This document shows, piece after piece, positions 1 to 9,961 of a DNA stretch of 64,000 nucleotides (position 1 is the first letter of the stretch; each line of letters opens with the position of its first letter). Under the pieces are notes generated by a model, which saw only the letters and a list, made by a program, of their open reading frames with translations, ran no database searches and was not told where the DNA came from. Location: assembly GCA_965203555.1 (NCBI GenBank), contig CBDBCY010000004.1:2016001-2080000 (forward strand), in the 5' to 3' direction. The position numbers and the translations under genes were made by a program. The DNA is from Acidimicrobiia bacterium (GTDB taxonomy: Bacteria; Actinomycetota; Acidimicrobiia; Spongiisociales; ZC4RG35).

Positions 1-2
1 GA

Positions 3-923
3 CTGTCCGGATTGGACCGGGTGTTCTTCGCCAACTGCGGCGCGACCGTCAACGAAACCGCCATAAAGCTGGCCCGGCGGTACGCCCAGGAGAAGTATGG
101 AGCAAGGCGTTACGAGATTGTCTCACTCATCGACTCCTTCCACGGCCGAACCCTGGCGACTCTGGCGGCTACCGGGCAACCCGCCAAACAGCAGACTTTC
201 CAGCCACTGCCACCCGGGTTCAACCAGGCGCCCGCCGGAGACATCGACGCGCTCGCCGAAGCGGTGGGCGACCGGACCGCGGCGGTGATGGTGGAGACAA
301 CCCAGGGAGAGGGAGGAGTGGTGCCCCTGCGGGGTTCCTACCTGCAGAAGACCCGGGAGCTTTGTGATCGGATGGGCGCCTTGATGATCGTCGACGATGT
401 TCAGGCCGGAATGGGTCGCACCGGTCATATGTTCTCCTGGCAGGGTCTGGGTTTCGAGCCGGACATCGCCACGGTGGCGAAGGCGCTGGCGAACGGATTG
501 CCGATCGGCGCCTGTCTTGCCCGGGAGGAGATCGCCACCGCTTTTCGGCCCGGTGATCACGGGACCACTTTCGGCGGCGGCCCGGTTCCCTGCTCGGCGG
601 CGTTAGCGGTGCTGGACGAGATCGAGGAACGCGATCTGCTGGGTAACTGCCAGGCGCGGTCGCGCCAATTCGTCGAGGGCTTGAGCGCTCTGGACGGCGT
701 GGTGAGCGTGCGGGGGAGGGGGCTGCTGCTGGCTGCCATTCTGAAGGAAGAATGGGCGGCGGAGGTCACCAAACGGGCGCTGGAACTGGGACTGGTCGTA
801 AACAATGTGCGGCCCGACGCGGTGCGATTCGCTCCACCACTCACCATATCGCCCGAGGAGACCACCGAGGCGATCTCCCGGTTCGCCACCGCCCTGTCGG
901 ATTCGATCTCCTCGGAGAACTGA
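3..923 (+). CDS. argD: Acetylornithine aminotransferase (class III PLP), 5'-truncated by the window edge
   Basis: Motifs SFHGRT, QGEGGV, DDVQAGMGRTG, AKALANGLPIG (PLP Lys) and HGTTFGG. Frame is open back to the window start; precedes argR/G/H. Confidence 0.93.
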   Translation: MSGLDRVFFANCGATVNETAIKLARRYAQEKYGARRYEIVSLIDSFHGRTLATLAATGQPAKQQTFQPLPPGFNQAPAGDIDALAEAVGDRTAAVMVETTQGEGGVVPLRGSYLQKTRELCDRMGALMIVDDVQAGMGRTGHMFSWQGLGFEPDIATVAKALANGLPIGACLAREEIATAFRPGDHGTTFGGGPVPCSAALAVLDEIEERDLLGNCQARSRQFVEGLSALDGVVSVRGRGLLLAAILKEEWAAEVTKRALELGLVVNNVRPDAVRFAPPLTISPEETTEAISRFATALSDSISSEN

Positions 924-924
924 A

Positions 925-1401
925 GTGAAGTCGGCGGGGGCCCGGAGGCGGGCGCTGCGCAGTCTGCTGGCCCGGGGAGATGCAGCGGAGCAGGCCGACT
1001 TGGCCAGGGAACTGGCCACCGAGGGATACGCGGTCAGCCAGTCCACCATCTCTCGAGACCTCCGCTACCTGGGAGCGATCAAAGATCAGGATGGCCACTA
1101 CCGACTAGTCTCACCCAATAACCGGTCCGACCACCTCAATGACCCTGAACGAAGGCTGACCAAGGCAATCAACACCTACACCGTTTCGATCGAGGCTTCG
1201 GCCAATCTGGTGGTGTTGAAGACCTTCCCCGGCGCCGCTTCGGTGGTGGCCTCCGCACTGGATGCCGCTTTTGAAAGAGGAGAGGTCGGGGACGCCTTGG
1301 GGACGGTGGCCGGCGATGACACGGTCCTGGTGGTGGCGGCCCAGCCCGCCGGCGGTCGGAATCTGAAGAAGCAACTGGAGCGAATTGGGGAGATGGTATG
1401 A
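925..1401 (+). CDS. argR: Arginine repressor
   Basis: wHTH motif [20 protein letters not shown] and Arg-binding motif [11 protein letters not shown] at 925 directly follows the argD stop. Confidence 0.93.
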   Translation: MKSAGARRRALRSLLARGDAAEQADLARELATEGYAVSQSTISRDLRYLGAIKDQDGHYRLVSPNNRSDHLNDPERRLTKAINTYTVSIEASANLVVLKTFPGAASVVASALDAAFERGEVGDALGTVAGDDTVLVVAAQPAGGRNLKKQLERIGEMV

Positions 1402-2582
1402 CCAGAGTGGTGCTTGCCTACTCGGGTGGCCTGGATACCTCGGTGATCCTGGCCTGGCTTCGAGAGGTTCACGACGCGGAAGTGATCACTTTCACTGCCG
1501 ACGTCGGGCAGGGCGAGGAAGTTGCCGAGGCCCGGGAAAAAGCGCTTGCAACCGGCGCCGTTGAAGCGGTGGTCTCCGATCTTCGTGACGAGTTCGTCAG
1601 CGAAGCGGTGTTTCCCGCTTTTCGGGCCGCTGCCCTGTACGAGGGCTACTATCTCCTCGGCACTTCCCTGGCCCGGCCGATCATCACCGCGGGAATGATC
1701 GAGGCGGCCCGGCACTTCGGGGCGGATGCCGTCTCTCACGGGGCCACCGGAAAGGGTAACGACCAGGTGCGCTTCGAATTGTCCACCTACGCACTGCAAC
1801 CCGACATCCGGGTAATCGCTCCCTGGCGGGAGTGGGACTTGAAGGGACGCGCGGATCTGGTGGAGTACGCTCGCCGGCGCGGCATTCCCGTTCCGGTCTC
1901 ACCCGAAAAGCCCTATTCCACCGACGCCAATCTGCTGCATATCTCATATGAGGGAGGAATACTGGAAGATCCGTGGGCTTCTCCACCGGACGACATGTTC
2001 ACCCTCACGGTTGATCCCCGGCTGGCGCCGGACGAGCCTGAGCAGGTCAGCGTCTCCATCGAAAAGGGAAATCCGGTGGCGGTGAACGGCCGGCGCCTGG
2101 AACCGGTGGCCCTGCTGGAGGAACTGAACCGTTTGGGCGGTCGGCACGGGGTGGGTCGGGTCGACATAGTGGAGAACCGGTTTGTGGGGATAAAGAGCCG
2201 TGGAGTGTACGAAACGCCCGGAGGAACGATCCTGTATCACGCCCTACGGGCGGTGGAGTCGATCACGCTCGACCGGCAGGTGGCTCATCTTCGGGATGAA
2301 CTGGCGCCCCGCTACGCCGAGATGGTTTACAACGGCTTCTGGTTCGCTCCCGAGCGGTACGCTCTTCAGACACTGTTTGACGAGATGGCCGAGACAGTCA
2401 CCGGGGAGGCTCGGCTGTCGCTCTACAAGGGATCGGTGACGATCCTGGGCCGCCGGGCCCCCTACAGCCTCTACGATCCCGATCGGGCCACATTCGAGGA
2501 GGACAAGGTTTATGACCAGGCCGACGCCGGCGGATTCATCCGGATAAACTCCCTCCGGCTGCGGCCTCCGTCGGAGGGGTAG
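1398..2582 (+). CDS. argG: Argininosuccinate synthase
   Basis: Motifs [41 protein letters not shown]. Confidence 0.97.
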   Translation: MTRVVLAYSGGLDTSVILAWLREVHDAEVITFTADVGQGEEVAEAREKALATGAVEAVVSDLRDEFVSEAVFPAFRAAALYEGYYLLGTSLARPIITAGMIEAARHFGADAVSHGATGKGNDQVRFELSTYALQPDIRVIAPWREWDLKGRADLVEYARRRGIPVPVSPEKPYSTDANLLHISYEGGILEDPWASPPDDMFTLTVDPRLAPDEPEQVSVSIEKGNPVAVNGRRLEPVALLEELNRLGGRHGVGRVDIVENRFVGIKSRGVYETPGGTILYHALRAVESITLDRQVAHLRDELAPRYAEMVYNGFWFAPERYALQTLFDEMAETVTGEARLSLYKGSVTILGRRAPYSLYDPDRATFEEDKVYDQADAGGFIRINSLRLRPPSEG

Positions 2583-2585
2583 GCG

Positions 2586-3971
2586 ATGACCCTCTGGGAA
2601 GGGAGGCTGGGAGGCGTCCCTGCCTCGCAGCTGTGGGACTTCACCGTCTCAACCGCCGACCGTCGCCTGCTCCGAGACGACATTGATGGATCCATAGCCC
2701 ACGTGGAGATGCTCGGGGAAGCGGGGATCCTGTCGGGGGACGAGACGACGGCCATCGTTGACGGCTTGCGAGCCATAGCCGAGGAAGCCCGGACCGGTGT
2801 CTTCGTTTTCCTGGAAACCGATGAGGACGTGCATTCGGCGGTGGAGCGTCGTCTTGTCGAGTTGGTGGGACCGGTGGGGGGAAAACTCCATACCGGCCGG
2901 TCCCGCAACGACCAGGTGGCGCTTGATCTCATCCTTTACATGCGACGAGGGGTGGCCGGACATGCCAAAGGCTTGGCCCGACTGGCGTTGGTCCTGGTGG
3001 AGGCGGCCTCCCGGTTGGGTCCCGAGATGGTGGTTCCCTCCTATACCCATCTGCAGCAGGCCCAGCCCACCTTGCTCGCCCATCACCTTCTGGCCTACGC
3101 CCACATGCTGGTCCGGGAGCGGCAGCGCTTCCTGGATCTGAGCACCAGGTTGGATTCCTCCCCACTGGGGGCGGGCGCCTCGGCGGGATCGTCTCTTCCT
3201 CTTTCTCCGGACAAGTCCGCCGAACTGCTGGGAATGTCCCAAGCCTTTGCCAACTCATTGGATGCGGTCGGGTCGCGAGATCGGGCCACCGAGTATGTGT
3301 GGTGTTGCGCCCGGACCCTGGTTACCCTCTCCCGCCTGGGAGAAGACCTGGTCCTGTGGTCCACCCGGGAGTTCGGATGGGTCACCCTGGCCGACGAATT
3401 CGCAACGGGGTCATCCGCCCTTCCGCAGAAGAAGAACCCGGACATCGCCGAGCTGGCCCGGGGCAAAGCGGCCGGGGCTATCGGGGGCCTCACGGCCATG
3501 ATGGCCTTGGAGAAAGGTCTGCCGATGTCATACAACAGGGATCTGCAAGAGGACAAGGAGCACCTCTTCCGGGTGGACGACGACCTGGCCGGCGCCTCCT
3601 CCGCCTTGGCGGGGCTATTGGCGACTGCCCGCTTCCATCCGCCGCCACCGGCATCGGAAACGGCCGCCCTGGACCTGGCGGAGGCACTGGTCGGCAGGGG
3701 AGTGCCCTTCCGGGAGGCGCATCGGGTGACCGGTGGAATCGCCGCCCGCCTGGCAGCCGAAGGCCGGGGTTTCTCATCCCTCAGCGCCAGCGATCTAACT
3801 AACGCCCATCCCAGCTTCAAACCTTCCGACCTGGATCTGCTGGACCCGGTTGTCTCGGTCAAACACCGCGCAACGCCCGGCGGAGGCAGTCCCGAAAGCG
3901 TGGCAGTCCAGATCGACCACCTGCGCACCGAACTATCCGGTTGGTTGACCAAAGACGGAGGTTGGCAATGA
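2586..3971 (+). CDS. argH: Argininosuccinate lyase
   Basis: Motifs HTGRSRNDQV, YTHLQQAQP, TGSSALPQKKNPD, YNRDLQEDKE. Confidence 0.96.
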   Translation: MTLWEGRLGGVPASQLWDFTVSTADRRLLRDDIDGSIAHVEMLGEAGILSGDETTAIVDGLRAIAEEARTGVFVFLETDEDVHSAVERRLVELVGPVGGKLHTGRSRNDQVALDLILYMRRGVAGHAKGLARLALVLVEAASRLGPEMVVPSYTHLQQAQPTLLAHHLLAYAHMLVRERQRFLDLSTRLDSSPLGAGASAGSSLPLSPDKSAELLGMSQAFANSLDAVGSRDRATEYVWCCARTLVTLSRLGEDLVLWSTREFGWVTLADEFATGSSALPQKKNPDIAELARGKAAGAIGGLTAMMALEKGLPMSYNRDLQEDKEHLFRVDDDLAGASSALAGLLATARFHPPPPASETAALDLAEALVGRGVPFREAHRVTGGIAARLAAEGRGFSSLSASDLTNAHPSFKPSDLDLLDPVVSVKHRATPGGGSPESVAVQIDHLRTELSGWLTKDGGWQ

Positions 3972-4275
3972 GGTTTTGTGAGGTTCCCTGGCGCTCGCAG
4001 AAAGCCAGAAGGATGCGGACCCACCACCCCGAGGTGGTCCTCGTAGCCCCGGTTCGGTTTCGACATCTCCTGCGGCTAATACAAAATCGAACCGCCCCCA
4101 TCGACGGCGGGCTATGAAACCGTGGCGGATTAGGGCTTGAACTGTGTCAAGGCCCTCCGCATGTGGGCCAGAGCCCTGGGCTGGGGTATTTGCGCGCCAG
4201 GGCCAGAGGCTCCAGTCGATGGGAGAGAATACGGGCTTGGCGCCCTCCTCTGCGAAGGGATCGGCTGACCTGTCC

Positions 4276-4302
4276 TATAATGAGGGCCGTGTTCGCAGGA
4301 GG
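4276..4302 (+). promoter_or_regulatory. -10 box (TATAAT) and Shine-Dalgarno (AGGAGG) of the TA operon
   Basis: Consensus TATAAT at 4276-4281 and AGGAGG at 4297-4302, upstream of the ATG at 4311. Confidence 0.55.
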
Positions 4303-4310
4303 TTGCCGCG

Positions 4311-4646
4311 ATGATGAACATCAAACCCCACGAAAACGTTCCCCTTTCCGTTGATCACGAGTCTGAAACGATCCGGGTCGAGGGAGGGCGCCTCAAGTTG
4401 GACAATGTCATCATCTGCTATGAGATGGGCTACTCCACCCCCGAGGCTCTTCACGCACAGTACGACTTCATATCAGTAGGCACCATGCGGCGAATACTGG
4501 ACTGGTACCACACCCGCAAGGACGAAGTGGATGCTTACGTCGCTCACAACGAAGCCATATGGGAAGAAGCCAGGCGCTACTGGGAACCTATCTTCGCTGA
4601 GCGGCAGGAACGTACCCGGAGTCAGCGCGAGTCAGCCGCGTCGTAA
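4311..4646 (+). CDS. DUF433-family antitoxin (VapB45-like)
   Basis: IRVEGGRLKLDNVIICYEMGYSTPEALHAQY resembles DUF433 (iRv.GtRi.v..i....G.spEei...y); lies upstream of a PIN-like gene. Confidence 0.75.
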   Translation: MMNIKPHENVPLSVDHESETIRVEGGRLKLDNVIICYEMGYSTPEALHAQYDFISVGTMRRILDWYHTRKDEVDAYVAHNEAIWEEARRYWEPIFAERQERTRSQRESAAS

Positions 4647-4667
4647 CCGCTCATAAGGGCAATATGA

Positions 4668-5066
4668 TTGTGCTATGTGCTGCTTGTTCTGATGGACGCT
4701 GACACGGGAATGGCTCTGTTTGAAGCGATACAAGCGGCGTCGGAAAGGGCAGGCGTCGATTTCGACATGATGCGCGCCGTTGATCTTCTGCCGCCGAGAA
4801 CCCCCGACAACGAAGTCTTGGAACTCGCTGCGAACGAAGGGCGCGTGACCGTGACTCACGACGTGAACACCATGCCCGCCGTCGCGGACTATCGCGTCGC
4901 CAACCGGCTTGCCATGGCGGGACTTATCTTGTCCCACCAGCAAACCCCGCCCTACTACGCGGCCCAGTGGATAGTGCATCAGCACGTTCAGAGAGAAGAA
5001 TGGGATCTCGGTTGGGAGGGGGCCATAGAGTGGGTACCCACGCTTAGGATACACTCTCGATTATGA
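4668..5066 (+). CDS. DUF5615 PIN-like toxin (VapC45-like); start may be GTG 4677
   Basis: N-terminal hydrophobic strand LVLMDAD and PDNEVLELAANEGRVTVTHD match the DUF5615 pattern (D..vl..A...gRvllThD). Confidence 0.75.
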   Translation: MCYVLLVLMDADTGMALFEAIQAASERAGVDFDMMRAVDLLPPRTPDNEVLELAANEGRVTVTHDVNTMPAVADYRVANRLAMAGLILSHQQTPPYYAAQWIVHQHVQREEWDLGWEGAIEWVPTLRIHSRL

Positions 5067-5354
5067 GGGCTCTAGGCGATGAGGGAGCGGGCCGGACCGG
5101 TTTGTTGGTGCTTGGTTGTGCCAGGTGATCGGGGTGAGGGCGAGGATTCAATGCAATACCCGGGCGTTGCCGCCGGTAGGAGTGCGTCCGCGTGGCGTTC
5201 GAGAGTGAGTTGGTCTCCGATGGTGTCATGCATCGATGCGATGGTTTGATGGACAAGGTTTGTGCTGACAAACACCCGAGCGGAGGCCGTTGGAACCTAA
5301 ACTGAGGGCCACTTCCTACTCAAGCCCGTACAGATCCCGGACAAAGCACATTAG

Positions 5355-6878
5355 GTGAACCGACCCAGCCTCGCCCCGCCCACCCGTCCGCCGTTTTGGC
5401 GCAATGCCACCTTTCTGAAGTGGGCGGCCCAGATCGGAGTGCTCTTCGGGGTGGTCGCCTTGGGCTATGTGTTGATCGGAGAAGCCGCGGCCAACATGAG
5501 AGCGCAGGGGCTGTCACTCGACTGGGATCTGCTGACTGATCCCCCCGGCATCCAACTGGGAGAGGGCATCTTCATCAAACCCGACACCGGACTGGAGGCG
5601 TTCTACACCGGAGCGGTCAACATGCTGCGGGTCGCCATGTCGGGAATCGTTGCAGCCACGGTGGTGGGCGCCGTTGTGGGCATCGCCCGACTCTCTTCGA
5701 ATTGGCTGGCTTCCAAGTTGGCCACAGCGTTCGTCGAGACCGTTCGCAACATTCCGGTCCTGGTGCAGGTGGTGTTCTGGTTCTTTCTCGCCTCCATCCT
5801 GTTTCCTGTTCTGGCAGAGGACAGTTCCGGCCCCATCCCGGGAATCTTGTTGGTCAGCCGCAAGGGGGTTTCTTTCGCCTGGCCCTTCCCGCAGGAGACG
5901 TTCTGGCAGTGGGGCGCCTTCCTGGTGATAGGCCTTCTGACCGCCCGGTGGATCTACCGTACGCGGATGCGCCGCGCCGAAGAGCTGGGGGAAGACACAC
6001 GTCCTCTGACATGGGCATTGTTGACCTTCTTGGCTTGGGCTTTGGTGGGCTGGTTCGCTCACCCGTTGGCAGGGGCGGTGGGGTGGCTGTTCGGTCTGCT
6101 GGCTGCCCAGGTCGGCGCTGTACCTGTTCTGGCCTACCAGGGACTCTTGGCTCTCCTCGCCCTCTATTTGGCCTGGCGCTGGATTCACCGGTTCTTGGAG
6201 TCCCGTCGAAGCCCGGCCGGGCTGGCCAAACTAACCGACGACGACTATTTCCGAATGCTCCTGGCTGGGGTGCTGGGCATAGGCGGCGCAGCGGTCCTGC
6301 TTCTATGGCCCGGCATCACGGATCTAGGCGCTGGCGTCCTTCAGTCGATCTTGGAGTTCTTTGACCAGAAGTTCGATTTCCTGCGGACTGGCGCACCGTT
6401 GGCCATCGGGCAGCCTTCTGTTGAAGTACCGGGCCGTTTTCCCCAGATCGGGGACACCGGTATGACCATGACCCCTTCCTTCTTCGGGATCTGGATGGGG
6501 GTGACGCTGTACACGGCCTCCTTTATAGCCGAGATCGTGCGAGGCGGAATACTGTCGGTTCCGAAGGGTCAGAGCGAGGCCGGATATGCGTTGGGTCTAC
6601 GCCGAGGACAGCTTCTGCGAATGGTGATCCTTCCCCAGGCCTTCCGGGTGATCCTTCCTCCATTGGGCAACCAGTACCTGAATCTGTCCAAGAACACCTC
6701 CCTCGGCATAGCGGTGGCCTTTCCCGAGATGGTACAGGTCGGCCAGACCATGTTCAACCAGACCGGCGACACCATCCAGGTGATCCTGATCTGGATGGCG
6801 TTCTATTTAAGCATCAGCCTGCTCCTGTCGGTGCTGGTCAACTACTACAACAGACGTTCCCAATTGGTTGAGCGATGA
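5355..6878 (+). CDS. Polar/general L-amino-acid ABC permease, AapQ/BztB-like, enlarged
   Basis: Motifs VETVRNIPVLVQ, EAA loop AEIVRGGILSVPKGQSEAGYALGL, and LNLSKNTSL. Confidence 0.85.
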   Translation: MNRPSLAPPTRPPFWRNATFLKWAAQIGVLFGVVALGYVLIGEAAANMRAQGLSLDWDLLTDPPGIQLGEGIFIKPDTGLEAFYTGAVNMLRVAMSGIVAATVVGAVVGIARLSSNWLASKLATAFVETVRNIPVLVQVVFWFFLASILFPVLAEDSSGPIPGILLVSRKGVSFAWPFPQETFWQWGAFLVIGLLTARWIYRTRMRRAEELGEDTRPLTWALLTFLAWALVGWFAHPLAGAVGWLFGLLAAQVGAVPVLAYQGLLALLALYLAWRWIHRFLESRRSPAGLAKLTDDDYFRMLLAGVLGIGGAAVLLLWPGITDLGAGVLQSILEFFDQKFDFLRTGAPLAIGQPSVEVPGRFPQIGDTGMTMTPSFFGIWMGVTLYTASFIAEIVRGGILSVPKGQSEAGYALGLRRGQLLRMVILPQAFRVILPPLGNQYLNLSKNTSLGIAVAFPEMVQVGQTMFNQTGDTIQVILIWMAFYLSISLLLSVLVNYYNRRSQLVER

Positions 6879-8611
6879 GCACTGAATCATTCGAGCTTGT
6901 GCCCCCTGAGCCTCCTCCGAAAGCAATGCGGATCGGGTGGCTGGACTGGGCGCGCAAGAACCTGTTCAACTCGGTCGCCAACGGAACCCTGACCGTGCTT
7001 CTGACGGTCGGGCTGTTGCTGGGGATTCTGGCTGTGTTGCGTTTTGTCTTCAGCCTGGATCGCCGCTGGGAAGTGATCCCGCCCAACTCCGCCAACTACG
7101 CGGTGGAAGCCTATCCTCGCGAGGACTTGGCCAACATGTGGTGGTCTCTGTGGATCATCGCTGGCTTGGTGGGCGTTTCCACGGCTTTTTGGGGAATGGG
7201 CGGCAGGGTGTCCGTGATCAAGGTCCTGGCGGCGGTCAGGGCGGTGGGGGCGACGGCACTGGTGGTGGGTGTGCTGTCGCTGTGGTCTCCCGCCGGAACC
7301 GCCACCCAGTCTCTGCTGGTGTGGGGTGGCGCGGCTGTGTTCGGGGCGGGATTGGCGATGATGCGGATGCTGCGGGAGGAAAGGGATACTTCGATGGCGA
7401 CGGTGCTGGTGGTAGTGGGCGGGCTGTTTGTGGCCCTGTTGTGGTACCTTCCCCTGGAATCCACCACCACTTGGCCCCTCACCTTTACCGCCCTGGTGGT
7501 CGTGGCCTTCCATTGGACCGGGAAGCTGTTGGGGAAATGGGTCTCGGCCCAGGTTGCGAAGAGAGTGCTCGTCCTCTTGTGGGCGGTTTCCTTTCCGGTG
7601 ATCTACATGCATATCCAACGCAGCCCAACATTGGTTTGGGAAGAGGTGACGCCATGGCTTCCCTGGGCGGGCCTGGTAGTAGCTGCCGGCCCGGCCGTCA
7701 TCTGGTTGGTGAGCCGGGCGGGAAGGGAACAGGCGGCCGGATTGAACTTCCTGCTGGGCGCGGTGTCCATCTTCTCCTGGGTGGTCCAGTGGCCGATGGC
7801 CATTCGGATCCTGTTTCTGTTGCTCACGCTGTTTTCCCTGGCAACACCAACCTTCGCCGCCAGCCGCCAGGCGCGGAAGATGTTCTACTGGTCATGGCTC
7901 GGGGGAGGGGCGTGCACCCTTTACTTCTTTTTACTGGGGATTGGCTCAACTGATCTGGCCACTCGGGGCCACTTCTTGGGCGGCTTCAACCTAACACTGC
8001 TGCTGGCTTTGGGCGGGACCGCGCTGTCCTTTCCCGTAGGCCTGATGCTGGCACTGGGGAGAACCTCTTCCATGCCCATTTTCCGGCTGCTGTCCATTGC
8101 CTACATAGAGGTGCTGAGGGGGGTTCCTCTCATCACAGTCTTGTTCTTCGGCGATAAGGTGATACCCCGGTTCCTGCCACCGGGACTGGACTTTGCCGGA
8201 GAGGCTAAAGCCCTGTTGGCAATCACGGCCTTCTCTGCGGCTTATCTGGCCGAGAATGTGCGAGGTGGTTTGCAGTCGGTCTCCAAGGGTCAAACCGAGG
8301 CGGCCCGATCACTGGGGATGAGCACCGCCCAGATGACCATGCTCATCACCGTTCCCCAGGCGCTTCGGGCAGTGATACCCGCCCTTGTCGGGCAGGCCAT
8401 CGCACTCTTCAAGGACACTTCCCTGGTGGCCATCATCGGGCTGGCTGATTTCTTACGAGTGGCCCGCGACATCGTGCCCAACCAGCCCGATTCTCTGGGG
8501 AGCATTCTCGAAAACCTGCTCTTGGCGGCCGTAATTTATTGGATTTTTGCTTTTAGCTTCAGTCGGGCGAGCCTACGACTGGAGAGACGACTAGGCGTAG
8601 GCACCCGCTAG
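6875..8611 (+). CDS. Amino-acid ABC permease, AapM/BztC-like, enlarged
   Basis: Motifs WARKNLFNS, IEVLRGVPLITVLF, AYLAENVRGGLQS, FKDTSLV. Confidence 0.85.
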   Translation: MSTESFELVPPEPPPKAMRIGWLDWARKNLFNSVANGTLTVLLTVGLLLGILAVLRFVFSLDRRWEVIPPNSANYAVEAYPREDLANMWWSLWIIAGLVGVSTAFWGMGGRVSVIKVLAAVRAVGATALVVGVLSLWSPAGTATQSLLVWGGAAVFGAGLAMMRMLREERDTSMATVLVVVGGLFVALLWYLPLESTTTWPLTFTALVVVAFHWTGKLLGKWVSAQVAKRVLVLLWAVSFPVIYMHIQRSPTLVWEEVTPWLPWAGLVVAAGPAVIWLVSRAGREQAAGLNFLLGAVSIFSWVVQWPMAIRILFLLLTLFSLATPTFAASRQARKMFYWSWLGGGACTLYFFLLGIGSTDLATRGHFLGGFNLTLLLALGGTALSFPVGLMLALGRTSSMPIFRLLSIAYIEVLRGVPLITVLFFGDKVIPRFLPPGLDFAGEAKALLAITAFSAAYLAENVRGGLQSVSKGQTEAARSLGMSTAQMTMLITVPQALRAVIPALVGQAIALFKDTSLVAIIGLADFLRVARDIVPNQPDSLGSILENLLLAAVIYWIFAFSFSRASLRLERRLGVGTR

Positions 8612-8623
8612 TTTGAGGGAGTA

Positions 8624-9379
<756 letters not shown>

Positions 9380-9696
9380 GATGCTCTCCCACCCGTTAGT
9401 TCGAGCAGTGGACGGCAGCGCTAAGGATGGCTACGTTCTGTCTTCCAAAGCAACAGTGACTCAAAGGCGGTTGCGCCACCTCGCCAGTTCTATAGCTTCT
9501 GAAACGGATTCTTGATCCTCGGAGCCAGCGGGCTCTGCGGCTTTATGGCGTTTTTATTTCCCGGTCGTAAAGCTTGCTTAGAGCTTCAAGGAAGGAAAGC
9601 GGAAGGTGAGAAATCCTAGGAGCGGTAAGCTACCCGAGACGAGGAGAGGGTGGTGACGATGAAGGTGACGAAGAGTACGAACCAAGGGAGGAACAG

Positions 9697-9891
9697 ATGA
9701 GCGACTCGATCAAGGGCTACATGGTCCGAGGCAAGAAGCGGGCGCCGAAGGTCTACGGAGTGGGCCGGGTGTGCGTCCAGCGGGGATGCGAGGTGAAGCT
9801 GAACCGCTACAACCGCCGCGAGTACTGCTACAACCACGCTCCCATTCGCTATCCGAGAGTCCGGGGACGAGTGCTTCCCGAAAACGCCTAG
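9697..9891 (+). CDS. Small basic protein with a putative C-x4-C-x12-C-x2-H zinc finger
   Basis: Strong SD GGGAGG before the ATG; CVQRGC...YCYNH pattern; followed by a terminator. Confidence 0.65.
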   Translation: MSDSIKGYMVRGKKRAPKVYGVGRVCVQRGCEVKLNRYNRREYCYNHAPIRYPRVRGRVLPENA

Positions 9892-9911
9892 TCGTACCGA
9901 ACGCAATGGTG

Positions 9912-9944
9912 AAGGCGGCCTTGGGCTGATCCCAAGGCCGCCTT
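9912..9944. terminator. Bidirectional hairpin terminator
   Basis: 14-bp perfect stem AAGGCGGCCTTGGG-ctgat-CCCAAGGCCGCCTT between convergent genes, T-rich downstream. Confidence 0.8.
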
Positions 9945-9961
9945 TGGTTTAAGAGTCGGTC

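Noticed and set aside
923-925. Absence of argF between argD and argR
   Set aside because: arg cluster order varies among actinobacteria, and argF is often encoded elsewhere.
4280-5070. ATGAGGGC / ATAAGGGC / ATGAGGGC at the TA gene boundaries (4280, 4653, 5063) as a target-site duplication
   Set aside because: 8-mers are too short to tell from chance, and no terminal inverted repeats were found.
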